NCBI GenBank assembly: GCA_050294405.1
Contig: JBNKOC010000028.1
Location: forward strand, 288,001 to 352,000
Direction of reading: 5' to 3'
DNA: 64,000 nucleotides
Origin: Fibrobacteria bacterium
GTDB taxonomy: Bacteria > Fibrobacterota > Fibrobacteria > UBA11236 > JADFYW01
The notes under the pieces were generated by a model. The model worked only from the letters and a program-made list of their open reading frames with translations, made no database searches and had not been told where the DNA came from. The number at the start of each line of letters is the position of its first letter. The stretch's first letter is position 1. Made by a program: the position numbers and the translations under genes. This document shows positions 39,678 to 48,846 of this stretch, one piece after another.

Positions 39678-40442
39678 TTAGTTTTGGTTTTTTGTTCCTA
39701 TTATCATCACATCTCTATAATAATATCTCAAAAAAGGTAACAATGATTTTATTTTCTCATCAATTGAAAAACAAATAACTGTGAGCAAATTACTGCTTTT
39801 GAGCTTTAAGAGATTGGTTATAAATTGCCCTAAAACTGATGTAAATTGTGTAACTTGATTATGGCAATCGAAAAATTGATTTGCAACTTTAAGATTATGG
39901 CGGGTTAATGGCATTTCATCTTTTGTTCTAGCGAAAGGGGTGAAAAAACGAATTATTTTTCCAATAGGGTTATTCCCTAGGGGCTCATAAAAAAAGATTT
40001 TCCCCTTTGTAGTGCAAACTTCTGAAATCCCCTTTAAAGCAGTATTAAAAGACAGGTGATGTAGAATTGCGCCCCCAAAAACTAAACCAAAAGATTGCTT
40101 TTTAAATGGCAACATATTCGCATCACAAATGATAAAATAAATTTCCCATTCTAAATTGTTCTTTTTGACGTATTCTCTTCCGATTTCAATTTCTTTTCTG
40201 GAGATATTGATACAAAACAATTTTTGGGGCCTAATATTATTTTGATGTACATATCCAATCCATGCATTGGAACCTATTTCTAATGTTCGTTTACTATCAG
40301 ATGTGGAAAAAAAATTCTTAATAATGTTATTTGTGTAGTTATGATATTCCAGAGAGCAGGAAAAAAGAGATTCGTACCCTCCCCTTTTTATTGAACCTGT
40401 GTCATAGGCGATTTTTTCTCGTGTTGCTTTTTCAGAGTCCAA
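39678..40442 (-). CDS. Class I SAM-dependent methyltransferase
   Basis: LEIGS, DANMLPF, GAILHHL, EPLGNNP...RTKDEMPL; TTG start. Confidence 0.82.
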   Translation of the reverse strand: MDSEKATREKIAYDTGSIKRGGYESLFSCSLEYHNYTNNIIKNFFSTSDSKRTLEIGSNAWIGYVHQNNIRPQKLFCINISRKEIEIGREYVKKNNLEWEIYFIICDANMLPFKKQSFGLVFGGAILHHLSFNTALKGISEVCTTKGKIFFYEPLGNNPIGKIIRFFTPFARTKDEMPLTRHNLKVANQFFDCHNQVTQFTSVLGQFITNLLKLKSSNLLTVICFSIDEKIKSLLPFLRYYYRDVMIIGTKNQN

Positions 40443-40451
40443 TTGAATCCC

Positions 40452-41504
40452 TCACCTCACCAACCCCATCACTTCCTTCGCTTTTTCTTTTTCACCTTTA
40501 TTCCAAAAGGCGTTTGAAACATTCTCGATTCCATCTCGGCCTCGAATTTGTCCCATACTGTAGGCTATTTTAAATTCTTCCAGGGCATTTTCCAACCTAT
40601 CCTGCTCGAAAAATATAACTCCCCTTTCCAGGTGCAATTCAGAATCCTTTATTCCAGCTTCCAATGCAGATTCTAGGGCCAATAGGGCTAAATAATCAGA
40701 ATCTTGATTTCGATATAAATTGGAAATTTTAAAATAAATTTCGGTTTTTTTAGGATTTAAGGCTAAACCTTCTTCATAGGCCCTTATTGCCTTTTTAATA
40801 TTGCCCTCTTGTTCATATAAATAGGCCAAATAAAAATAGGCGCGTTCATCTACCTTCGGAGAAAGCAAAATGGCATCCATTAATACATCTTGTGCCCCTT
40901 CATAATCCTTTATTTTGGCGAAAGATTCTGCCAAGGCAAAGTAAACATCAATTTGGTCCGGATCCAGCTTTAAAGCTGCGTCAAAACTTTTCATAGCCTC
41001 CGTAACATCACCTGCTTTTAAGGCGCATTCCCCTCTCCATTTCCAGGCATAACTATTTTCTGGATCTAACTCCAAGGCTCTGCGATAAGAAACCATCGCA
41101 TAGCCATAAGCTCCCATGGTAAAGTAAATATCTGCTAATACAACCCAGGGCCTTACAAACTGGGGAGCTTCTTCAACACTTCTCTTATGGGCAACAATGC
41201 TATAAGCGTATTGTTGATGTTGTGCATAACAATTTCCCAGATTAAACCATGCGAAGGGAATGTTCTGTCCATTTTTTATGGCTTGTTGATACTGAGCTGC
41301 AGCCTTGGCATACTCTCCTTTTTCATAAAGCTTATTTCCTTCCAAGACAAAGTCTGTATTTACAGAATTAGCAATTCCATGTGATAATAAAATTCCAATG
41401 CATATTAGAACTGCAACAATCCCTTTATCCGAAGTGATAAAATGAAATTTGGAGATTTGATTCCTTAAAATGAATTTATTAAACGAAAATAACCGCATAT
41501 TCAT
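40452..41504 (-). CDS. Exported tetratricopeptide repeat protein (TtpD-like position)
   Basis: Signal or anchor segment followed by multiple TPRs (AWFNLGNCY, YRRALELDP, YFYLAYLY). Confidence 0.85.
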   Translation of the reverse strand: MNMRLFSFNKFILRNQISKFHFITSDKGIVAVLICIGILLSHGIANSVNTDFVLEGNKLYEKGEYAKAAAQYQQAIKNGQNIPFAWFNLGNCYAQHQQYAYSIVAHKRSVEEAPQFVRPWVVLADIYFTMGAYGYAMVSYRRALELDPENSYAWKWRGECALKAGDVTEAMKSFDAALKLDPDQIDVYFALAESFAKIKDYEGAQDVLMDAILLSPKVDERAYFYLAYLYEQEGNIKKAIRAYEEGLALNPKKTEIYFKISNLYRNQDSDYLALLALESALEAGIKDSELHLERGVIFFEQDRLENALEEFKIAYSMGQIRGRDGIENVSNAFWNKGEKEKAKEVMGLVR

Positions 41505-42121
41505 TATTCAAAGCTAAATCGGAAGGTTTGCGTAATTTTTTGCCTAACGGGTACTTGCTTGATCGCAGCAGGTTGCCATTTGATTTTTTTTAGGTAATCC
41601 CTCACTGAATTGCCAAACCCATATCCTAAAGGTTCTTCAGTAACAATGCTGATTTCAATAACTCTGCCAGATTCATTGACCACCCAAACAGCATTTACAT
41701 ATCCTTCAACACCTTCTCTTTCAGCCCTCAAAGGCATTTTAGGATCTCCCGGATTGCCAATAATTTTGGCATCTGTATCGGTTTCCCCAGGCAGGTAAGT
41801 CATAACCCCTATGTTTCCACTTTGAACCGCAACACCCTGGCCACCTGCAGATACGCTTAAATCCATTTGCACATTTCTTGAAACAGGTGCACTTGGGGTG
41901 AACTTTTTAGTAAAGGATTTAATGGGTTTTATTTCCTTTTTTTCAATTTTTTCAATTTGCTTTTGAACTACTGTTTCCATTTCCCGTTCAATATTGTTTT
42001 TTTTTGCCTTGCTATAGTCGGGATGACTAAATAATACCTGAAGTAAGGGTACAAGTAAAAAAATGGCAAGGTTCAGAACAATAGCAATAGATACGATTGA
42101 CACATATTTTAGCCATTTCAT
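41504..42121 (-). CDS. tonB: Energy transducer TonB
   Basis: N-terminal TM; C-terminal P.RAEREGVEGYV...V.ESGRV...GYGF...WQPA. Confidence 0.85.
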   Translation of the reverse strand: MKWLKYVSIVSIAIVLNLAIFLLVPLLQVLFSHPDYSKAKKNNIEREMETVVQKQIEKIEKKEIKPIKSFTKKFTPSAPVSRNVQMDLSVSAGGQGVAVQSGNIGVMTYLPGETDTDAKIIGNPGDPKMPLRAEREGVEGYVNAVWVVNESGRVIEISIVTEEPLGYGFGNSVRDYLKKIKWQPAAIKQVPVRQKITQTFRFSFE

Positions 42122-42127
42122 TTATTC

Positions 42128-42535
42128 TTACTCTCGTTCCGAAGAAAGAGAAACCTTTTTAACCTTTGCAATATTGCATTCATCTAAAATGTCTACTACT
42201 CTCGAAACCGAGGCGTCTCTGTCAGCTACAATTACCACAGGTCTATCTGGAGCTTCCATCATATATCTTTTTAAAATATTTCCTAAAACATTAAGCGATA
42301 CTTGCCCTTCATTAATGTGAATGGTTCCCTCTTTGGTTACTCCGATTAAAATATTTTCCCGGGCTAAAGTCTCAGATGTGGAGGCCTTCGGCTTGGATAC
42401 ATCCACTCCGGTTTCTCGGGTAAAAGAGGTTGTGACGATAAAGAAAATAAGTAGAATAAAAACCAAATCCATCATTGGAGCGATGTTTAATTCGGAGGAC
42501 CTTCTGATTTTCTTTTTTAATCCAAAATTTTCCAT
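42128..42535 (-). CDS. exbD: Biopolymer transport protein ExbD
   Basis: NIAPMMDLVFILLIFFIVTTSF, IVADRDA. Confidence 0.93.
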   Translation of the reverse strand: MENFGLKKKIRRSSELNIAPMMDLVFILLIFFIVTTSFTRETGVDVSKPKASTSETLARENILIGVTKEGTIHINEGQVSLNVLGNILKRYMMEAPDRPVVIVADRDASVSRVVDILDECNIAKVKKVSLSSERE

Positions 42536-42536
42536 A

Positions 42537-43166
42537 CTAGTTAGAAGATCTTAAAATGTTAATAGTTCTTGCCGCACTGCTTAGTGCCTGTGATTCTATA
42601 TGATCTGCCTTATTGTGCAAAAAATTATGCAATAAAATAAGGGGGAAGCTAACAACAAGTCCTGCCTGTGTAGTAAGAAGGGCTTGAGAAATTCCTGTTG
42701 CCATCATAGCCGGGTTGCCTATTCCGAATTCTGTTATTATTTGAAACGTGGCTACCATACCGGCCACAGTTCCCAATAATCCAAGCAAGGGGGCCGAGTT
42801 GGCCATAATGCCAATGGTATTAAAATGTCGCTCCATTTTATTGGTAAAATCTGTCAAAACTTCCTGGGCTTTGTTGCTTAGTCCTTTTTCTTCTTTAATA
42901 TTTAATTGAGAAAGCTCCCTGATTAATGTACCCTCCAGACCATTTAAGGATTTCCCTTGAATTTTGGCGAACTCAATAAATTCATTGGATGTTATTGGGG
43001 CTTTTTTCCAAAATTGGATACTATTGCTTTTAAGGGAATGGAGGTAAAAATACCGTTCAATTATAAATATCCAACCAATTTGCGCAATAATAAAAATAGG
43101 GATTAATACATAGCCTCCCCGGCTTAAAATTTCCAGCACACCTTCTACTATTAGGGAGTATTCCAT
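42537..43166 (-). CDS. exbB: MotA/TolQ/ExbB proton channel protein
   Basis: APLLGLLGTVAGMVATF, GISQALLTTQAGL. Confidence 0.9.
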   Translation of the reverse strand: MEYSLIVEGVLEILSRGGYVLIPIFIIAQIGWIFIIERYFYLHSLKSNSIQFWKKAPITSNEFIEFAKIQGKSLNGLEGTLIRELSQLNIKEEKGLSNKAQEVLTDFTNKMERHFNTIGIMANSAPLLGLLGTVAGMVATFQIITEFGIGNPAMMATGISQALLTTQAGLVVSFPLILLHNFLHNKADHIESQALSSAARTINILRSSN

Positions 43167-43172
43167 TGGATA

Positions 43173-44672
43173 TTAACCCTTTGGCCACAAAATATTTAAG
43201 GTTTTAAGGGCATAAGATTCCATTTTGTTTACCAGTCCATCCATCCTATTTGCAATAAAATTGTGAGCAATTAAAATGGGTACCGATATGGCGAGACCAG
43301 CTTGAGTGGTAATAAGTGCAACCGAAATACCGCTTGCCATTAATTTTGGATCACTGGTCCCGTATAAGGTAATGGATTCAAATAGTTCAATCATTCCAGC
43401 TACTGTTCCCAACAGTCCGAGCAGAGGTGCTGCAGCACCCAGAACCGAAATAGTGGCCAATCTTTTTTCCAATGCAGGACTTTCTTTATAAAGAATTTCC
43501 TGAAGGTTTTTTTCTGCCATTTCCCGAGTGGAATCTTTTTGATTGATAATGGCCAGCATTGCATTGGCGACTGAACTTTTCTTTTGGTCATGGCATAAAT
43601 TTTTAGCGCTTTGGATATCTCCATTTTTAAGCATATCCAATATGTTGTTTAACAACTTTTGCTTTCCGGAGTTTTTGTAAATCCAGAAAACATATCTTTC
43701 AATTAGCAAAAGCAAAGCAGCTATTGCGATTAAAGCAAGCGGCCACATCCAGATTCCACCATCTTTTAAATAGGATTTTGCGCTTGCTACGATTCCTTTT
43801 TTTTCTTCAGCTGTATAACCGGCAGCGACACTTCTGGTGCGCAATACATCCATGGGTATAAGCAATAATTGATCTTTCCCTGTGGTGATTTTATTCAGAT
43901 TTTTATCTAACTCCTGTTTGGCATTATCGGTTATGTTTTCCCGCCATTCAAAGAGCCTTCCCGTAGTATTGTTATTGCGTAGCAATAGACCAGATTGCTT
44001 GCTTTCATTGTCCAGATAGGCAGCACCGACCATGCCTATTCGCAGGAAAAGGCCTTCGCCAGGCTCCTGATTGGCCCGAATAAACCCTTTTTCACTTAGC
44101 TCAATTGTTCGGGATAAATTAAGCTCCTTCTGGAAAAAACCCAATACATCGTTGAGTACTTCTTCGGGGCTGTCTTTTTTTTCATCAATGGATTTTGAAA
44201 CATCATTAAGCCATTTTTGCCGTTCTGGAATTAATAGCGGAAACTCTTTTTCCATTCTGGATCTGAGATCATTTAAAACAGAGCGTTGCTGGGTTGATAA
44301 CCCCAGATACTGGATTTTGGCGGCCTCTTCCTTTGCTTTTAATTCTTCTACGTCTCGCAAATAAACTTCTATTTGTTCTCGAAGCCGGTCCAGCTGGCCG
44401 TTTCTTAATTCCAGTTTTTCTTTTAAATCTTCGTATTCATCATTGAATTTTTCTCTGGCATCGTTGTATACACGCCTGTCTTCCCAGCGTTTGGCGATAA
44501 CCCTGTCTCGCTGTTGACGCAATTCTTCCAGTTCGATTTTTAAGGCTTTGACTTTATCAGATACATCTTCTTCCTGATATTTTTGGCCAAACCCGGGATT
44601 TAAGATCAGAAATAAAATTAAAAAGGAAGATAAAAACACATCTCTTTTTTTGATAGGAGGTATATTAAACAT
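43173..44672 (-). CDS. Large MotA/TolQ/ExbB protein with periplasmic coiled-coil domain (TtpC-like)
   Basis: Signal peptide, coiled coil, LRIG, then AAPLLGLLGTVAGMI...GISVALITTQAGL. Confidence 0.85.
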   Translation of the reverse strand: MFNIPPIKKRDVFLSSFLILFLILNPGFGQKYQEEDVSDKVKALKIELEELRQQRDRVIAKRWEDRRVYNDAREKFNDEYEDLKEKLELRNGQLDRLREQIEVYLRDVEELKAKEEAAKIQYLGLSTQQRSVLNDLRSRMEKEFPLLIPERQKWLNDVSKSIDEKKDSPEEVLNDVLGFFQKELNLSRTIELSEKGFIRANQEPGEGLFLRIGMVGAAYLDNESKQSGLLLRNNNTTGRLFEWRENITDNAKQELDKNLNKITTGKDQLLLIPMDVLRTRSVAAGYTAEEKKGIVASAKSYLKDGGIWMWPLALIAIAALLLLIERYVFWIYKNSGKQKLLNNILDMLKNGDIQSAKNLCHDQKKSSVANAMLAIINQKDSTREMAEKNLQEILYKESPALEKRLATISVLGAAAPLLGLLGTVAGMIELFESITLYGTSDPKLMASGISVALITTQAGLAISVPILIAHNFIANRMDGLVNKMESYALKTLNILWPKG

Positions 44673-45514
44673 TAATTTTCCCCCTTTGAAGGTTGCTGAA
44701 TAGGAAGCAATACCAGAGAGGGAGCCGCTTTTCCTTGAGCTACAGCTAAAGCCGTTTTAATATTTTGCTTTAATTCAAGATTTAAGTCTTTATCATGCCA
44801 AACATAGCTTTGATTTTCAATAGTTTGGTAAGCAACTGTGTTTCCATCAAGACTAACATAAGCCAAAATAACTGCCCCGAGTCTTAAATAAGTTCCTTCG
44901 GACTGCTGTCCATCGGTTGTTTGGTATGACCCGCTAAAAACTTCAGAGTCATAGCCTATGTTAATAGCCTCTTGCAAAATGGAAAACAAGCGAGAAATCC
45001 CCTCTTCGGGGGATATAATTCCATCCCTAAGTTCCTGTTTTAAATTGTTTAAATTTTGAATTCTTCGTTCTTGTTGGTGGGGAAAATCTGTTTTGAAATA
45101 GCTATTGAGACTATCGATTTGTTTGGCAATATGTTGGTGCATGCTGTTGCGTTTTTCATCGTAATGTTTGGAACCAGATGCTAATCTTGATTTTTGTGCT
45201 TTTAGTTTTCCCAATCGCCCTTCCACTTCCTGGATTTTTTTATCTAAATCAGTCAACTGCTTATTTAGGGCGGCTATTTTTTGACCTTTTCGCTTTTCAA
45301 AGTCTTCTGCCTTTTTCTTTTCGGCCTGATGTAATTCTTTTTCCCGTTTAATTTCTCTTTCCACTCTGGCCATTTCTCTTTGAATGCCAGTTAAGGTTTC
45401 CTGGCCTTGCAGGTTTGATAGTGTAAATAGAAAGCAGATAATGGATATGTACTTTGAGCCCAATTTAAAAGAGTGCCTTGGCTTTAAGGGCGAATGAATT
45501 AGCATTTGCAACAA
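44672..45514 (-). CDS. DUF3450-family periplasmic protein (TtpB-like)
   Basis: Coiled coil, DFP...ERRI..L, YLRLGAV.L.Y.SLDG, A..VA.G.AAP.L..LP; start may be internal. Confidence 0.75.
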   Translation of the reverse strand: MLQMLIHSPLKPRHSFKLGSKYISIICFLFTLSNLQGQETLTGIQREMARVEREIKREKELHQAEKKKAEDFEKRKGQKIAALNKQLTDLDKKIQEVEGRLGKLKAQKSRLASGSKHYDEKRNSMHQHIAKQIDSLNSYFKTDFPHQQERRIQNLNNLKQELRDGIISPEEGISRLFSILQEAINIGYDSEVFSGSYQTTDGQQSEGTYLRLGAVILAYVSLDGNTVAYQTIENQSYVWHDKDLNLELKQNIKTALAVAQGKAAPSLVLLPIQQPSKGEN

Positions 45515-45616
45515 TTAATTCTCCTGGCTATTGCCGGATTGGCATTGGATGATTCGTTTGGGTAAATTATCAATTTCGCCCTAAAAATGCGAGCATTGGG
45601 GAGGAATTGGTTGTGG

Positions 45617-46369
45617 CTATTTTTTTAAAACACAAATTCCATCAAAATGATGGTAAATTGAAAGTACAAATCCCAAAATAACCCAACGAACGGGGAGAAA
45701 CAAAAGCAAGGATTTCAACCAGCCGAATCGCTTTCCCCGGATGACTGCCGAGTAGGCCAGTTTAGTAATATGGCGATGGTGGGGGTAGCTTTTAATTTTT
45801 GAGAACCCAATTTTTTTAGCCATTTTTTTAATTTTATACGGGGACATACTTTTTTCAGTGACTCCGTATTGCGCAACAGCATTTAATGCGGCTTCCGATT
45901 CACCATGTCCAAATCCCGGTTCGGATGTTATTAATTTTCCTCCTTTTTTAAGGGAGTTATAGGCCTTTTGCAAGGCCTGGAATTCGTTTTCGGCATGATG
46001 AAGGGAGTCATAAAAAATTGCGAAATCAAATTCCTCTTTAAAATCTAAAGACTCATAATCCGAGCAAATGAAATTTAAAGCTGCTAGGGGGTATTTGCCT
46101 GTCCTTTGGTTGGCTAGGTCTATAGCTTCTTTTGCTAAATCTTGGCCAATAACATTAAAACCCCTTTTTGCCAAAAACTCACTAGTCCATCCCGTTCCGC
46201 AACCAAGGTCTAGAATTTTAGCGGGCGGAGCCCCAAGAAAGTTAAAAATCTGGCCTAATTCGGATAAGTGATCGGGACAATCATCTTCTGAAAAGGGCTT
46301 GTCAAAAGCTTGTTGTCGTCCGCTTTCTCCGATGTTTTGAAAGTAAGTTCTATCTCCTTCTTTTCCCAT
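45617..46369 (-). CDS. Class I SAM-dependent methyltransferase
   Basis: ILDLGCGTGW, DSLHH, LKKGGKLI.SEPG. Confidence 0.88.
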   Translation of the reverse strand: MGKEGDRTYFQNIGESGRQQAFDKPFSEDDCPDHLSELGQIFNFLGAPPAKILDLGCGTGWTSEFLAKRGFNVIGQDLAKEAIDLANQRTGKYPLAALNFICSDYESLDFKEEFDFAIFYDSLHHAENEFQALQKAYNSLKKGGKLITSEPGFGHGESEAALNAVAQYGVTEKSMSPYKIKKMAKKIGFSKIKSYPHHRHITKLAYSAVIRGKRFGWLKSLLLFLPVRWVILGFVLSIYHHFDGICVLKK

Positions 46370-46386
46370 ACGGCTTTCTTATTTAC

Positions 46387-46416
46387 AAAAAAAAAGAGGG
46401 GTTTTCACCCCTCTTT
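46387..46416 (-). terminator. Intrinsic terminator after xylA
   Basis: AAAGAGGGG-TTTTCA-CCCCTCTTT hairpin with a T tract on the minus strand. Confidence 0.85.
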
Positions 46417-46434
46417 AGCTTTAGCTGAGAAAAA

Positions 46435-47754
46435 CTACAGGTAGCAGTTTAAAAGGCTTTCCAGCATTTCCTGTTTGCCGGAAATTTGCTTGGGTTCGCC
46501 TTCTTTCATCACCCATTCTTCCAATTCTTTGAAATTGGTTGTGCCGGATTCGATTTTGGCGCCAATTCCTGAATCGTAGGAGCTGTATCTGTCAGAAACA
46601 AAATCAGAGATATCGCCATCGGCAATAATTTGCGCAGCAGCTTTAAGGCCTCTGGCAAAAGCATCCATTCCGCCAATGTGGGAGATAAACATATCTTCAA
46701 CATCTGTGGACTCGCGACGAACTTTGGCGTCAAAGTTAAGACCGCCAGTTCCCAAACCGCCTTGATTTAATACCACCAACATAGCCAGGGTTGTGCTTTT
46801 GATGTCCATGTTAAATTGGTCGGTGTCCCATCCGTTTTGAGGATCGCCCACGTTTGCATCAATAGAGCCGAGCATGCCATAGCGAGAGCACATTTCCAAA
46901 TCGTGTTCGAAAGTGTGGCCGGCCAAAGTGGCGTGGTTGGCTTCAATGTTTAGTTTATAGTCCTGATTTAAGCCGTAATGTGTTAAAAAACCCATTACTG
47001 TGGCGGCGTCGAAATCGTATTGGTGCTTTGTGGGTTCCATGGGTTTTGGCTCGATAAGCAAAGTTCCACCAAATCCGATTTCTTTTTTGTAGTCGGCAGC
47101 CATTTGTAAAAAGCTGGCCATGTGGTCTAGTTCTCTTTTTAAATCGGTGTTTAAAAGAGTTTGGTAGCCTTCGCGACCGCCCCAGAATACATAGTTTTCG
47201 CCGCCTAATTCGTAAGTCACTTCCATGGCTTTTTTAACCTGGGCGCAAGCGTAAGCAAATACATGAGCGCTTGGGTTAGTGGAAGCGCCGCACATAAAAC
47301 GGGGATTTGAAAATAAATTGGCAGTGCCCCAAAGAAGTTTAATGCCGGTTTCAGCCTGCATTTCTTTGGCTACTTTAACTACAGCGTCCAAATTTTTGTG
47401 GCTTTCAGCTAAAGAAGAGCCTTCGGGAGCAATGTCTCTATCGTGGAAACAATAATAAGGAACGCCTAATTTTTGAAAAAACTCAAAGGCTACGCGCATA
47501 CGATTTTGTGCGTTTTCCACATCATCGCGGCCAGACTCCCAAGGGCGTTTGATGGTTCCAGGACCGAAAGGATCACCACCGGTGCCACGGAACGTGTGCC
47601 AGTAAGCTACAGAAAAGCGCAAATGCTCTTCCATAGTTGCGCCCATTGTAACTTCTTGAGGGTTATAGTGTTTAAACGCTAGGGGGTTGCGGGAATCGGA
47701 GCCTTCGAAGGCGATTTTTTCGATTCCAGGAAAAAATTCTGTTAAAACTGCCAT
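46435..47754 (-). CDS. xylA: Xylose isomerase (class II)
   Basis: [69 protein letters not shown]. Confidence 0.98.
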   Translation of the reverse strand: MAVLTEFFPGIEKIAFEGSDSRNPLAFKHYNPQEVTMGATMEEHLRFSVAYWHTFRGTGGDPFGPGTIKRPWESGRDDVENAQNRMRVAFEFFQKLGVPYYCFHDRDIAPEGSSLAESHKNLDAVVKVAKEMQAETGIKLLWGTANLFSNPRFMCGASTNPSAHVFAYACAQVKKAMEVTYELGGENYVFWGGREGYQTLLNTDLKRELDHMASFLQMAADYKKEIGFGGTLLIEPKPMEPTKHQYDFDAATVMGFLTHYGLNQDYKLNIEANHATLAGHTFEHDLEMCSRYGMLGSIDANVGDPQNGWDTDQFNMDIKSTTLAMLVVLNQGGLGTGGLNFDAKVRRESTDVEDMFISHIGGMDAFARGLKAAAQIIADGDISDFVSDRYSSYDSGIGAKIESGTTNFKELEEWVMKEGEPKQISGKQEMLESLLNCYL

Positions 47755-47848
47755 TATTTACCTCTGTGTTGCTGTTTAAGGATAATATAATACGATTTTT
47801 GTGGCTAAACCTGCCAAATTAATCTAAAAAAATAGTAAAATAGTCTGA

Positions 47849-48709
47849 ATGACAAAAAATTCAAACCAATATGAGTACGAACGGGTGATTTTGCCCGAGG
47901 GTAAAAACCTGTATCTCGAGCATATTGACTACGCTTTTGAAAAAGAAAAGGTGCGCCACTCCAAGCATTTCCATGAGATGTACGAGCTGATGCTCTTTGA
48001 CAACATCAATGGTTCGGTTTGGATTGATGGAGTGGTTCATAAAATGTTGGGTTCGTTCCTGGTATATGTAAACCCTTTTGCCATTCACGAGTACAACTGG
48101 GAGGGGGGAACCACTTCTTGGTTTATTAGCCAATTTAATCAGGAGGGCTTAAGCCAATTGGAGTTTGCGGAGCCCTTGCCTGATTTTTCCATGGTGGTAA
48201 AGCTAAGGAGTTCGGAATTACTTAGGCTGCGCACTCTCTTCTCCTGGTATCAGGAGTTGGCTCAAAATTCCAAGTTAAGAGAGCAGGCCGATGTGTTTAC
48301 TCTTATTTTGCATTACACAAGAGGGCTTGCCGAAAATTATGGTCCAAGTGAAGTGGAAAACGCCCAGGCCTCTGGACGTAAATTTTTACCTATGTTGCGC
48401 TATATAGAAAGCCAAAACAAATACCATGTATCGGTAGAAGAAGCGTCCAAGCGTTGCGGGCTTTCCCGGTCTCATTTTTTGGCACTTTTTAAACAGGACT
48501 TTAAAATCACCTACCATCAGTTTTTGGTGAACAGAAAAATCAATACCGCAAAAATGTTGCTGGCTGAACAGGATAAAAATATCTCGGAAATAAGTCGGAT
48601 ATTAGAATTTAAAGATCCGGGTTATTTTATCAAGGTGTTTAAAGCGGAAGTGGGGTTGACGCCTCGACAATTTCGCAGTGAAATTACTCTACGGGAAAAA
48701 AATCGCTAG
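47849..48709 (+). CDS. AraC-family transcriptional regulator (cupin + HTH), divergent from xylA
   Basis: HFHEMYEL cupin motif; LSRSHF...FK, AKMLL, ISEIS..LEF.DPGYF.KVFK...GLTP.QFR. Confidence 0.92.
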   Translation: MTKNSNQYEYERVILPEGKNLYLEHIDYAFEKEKVRHSKHFHEMYELMLFDNINGSVWIDGVVHKMLGSFLVYVNPFAIHEYNWEGGTTSWFISQFNQEGLSQLEFAEPLPDFSMVVKLRSSELLRLRTLFSWYQELAQNSKLREQADVFTLILHYTRGLAENYGPSEVENAQASGRKFLPMLRYIESQNKYHVSVEEASKRCGLSRSHFLALFKQDFKITYHQFLVNRKINTAKMLLAEQDKNISEISRILEFKDPGYFIKVFKAEVGLTPRQFRSEITLREKNR

Positions 48710-48716
48710 AAAATAT

Positions 48717-48732
48717 TGTGACCAGGATCACA
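48717..48732. promoter_or_regulatory. CRP/FNR-family binding site (TGTGA-N6-TCACA)
   Basis: TGTGA-CCAGGA-TCACA, a perfect CRP core palindrome, 115 nt upstream of the 48847 ORF. Confidence 0.65.
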
Positions 48733-48761
48733 GCCTTGGGCTTCGCGAAGCATTCACCCTC

Positions 48762-48782
48762 AATTCAATGGGCAATTGAATT
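48762..48782. promoter_or_regulatory. Inverted repeat operator candidate AATTCAAT-N5-ATTGAATT
   Basis: Perfect 8-bp inverted repeat in the same intergenic region. Confidence 0.45.
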
Positions 48783-48846
48783 ATATTTATAACCGTTCAA
48801 TTCAGTTTTTTGCACCTTTCAACCTGAGACGAAGCCCGCTCAAACA

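Larger units (their letters stand above)
26229..40442. other. AT-rich surface polysaccharide biosynthesis island (Wzx/Wzy-dependent)
   Basis: Abrupt visible shift to AT-rich sequence; contains GT4 x4, GT2, FkbM and two other methyltransferases, Wzz/GumC-like, Wzy-like, Wzx-like, acyltransferase and SLBB export genes. Confidence 0.8.
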
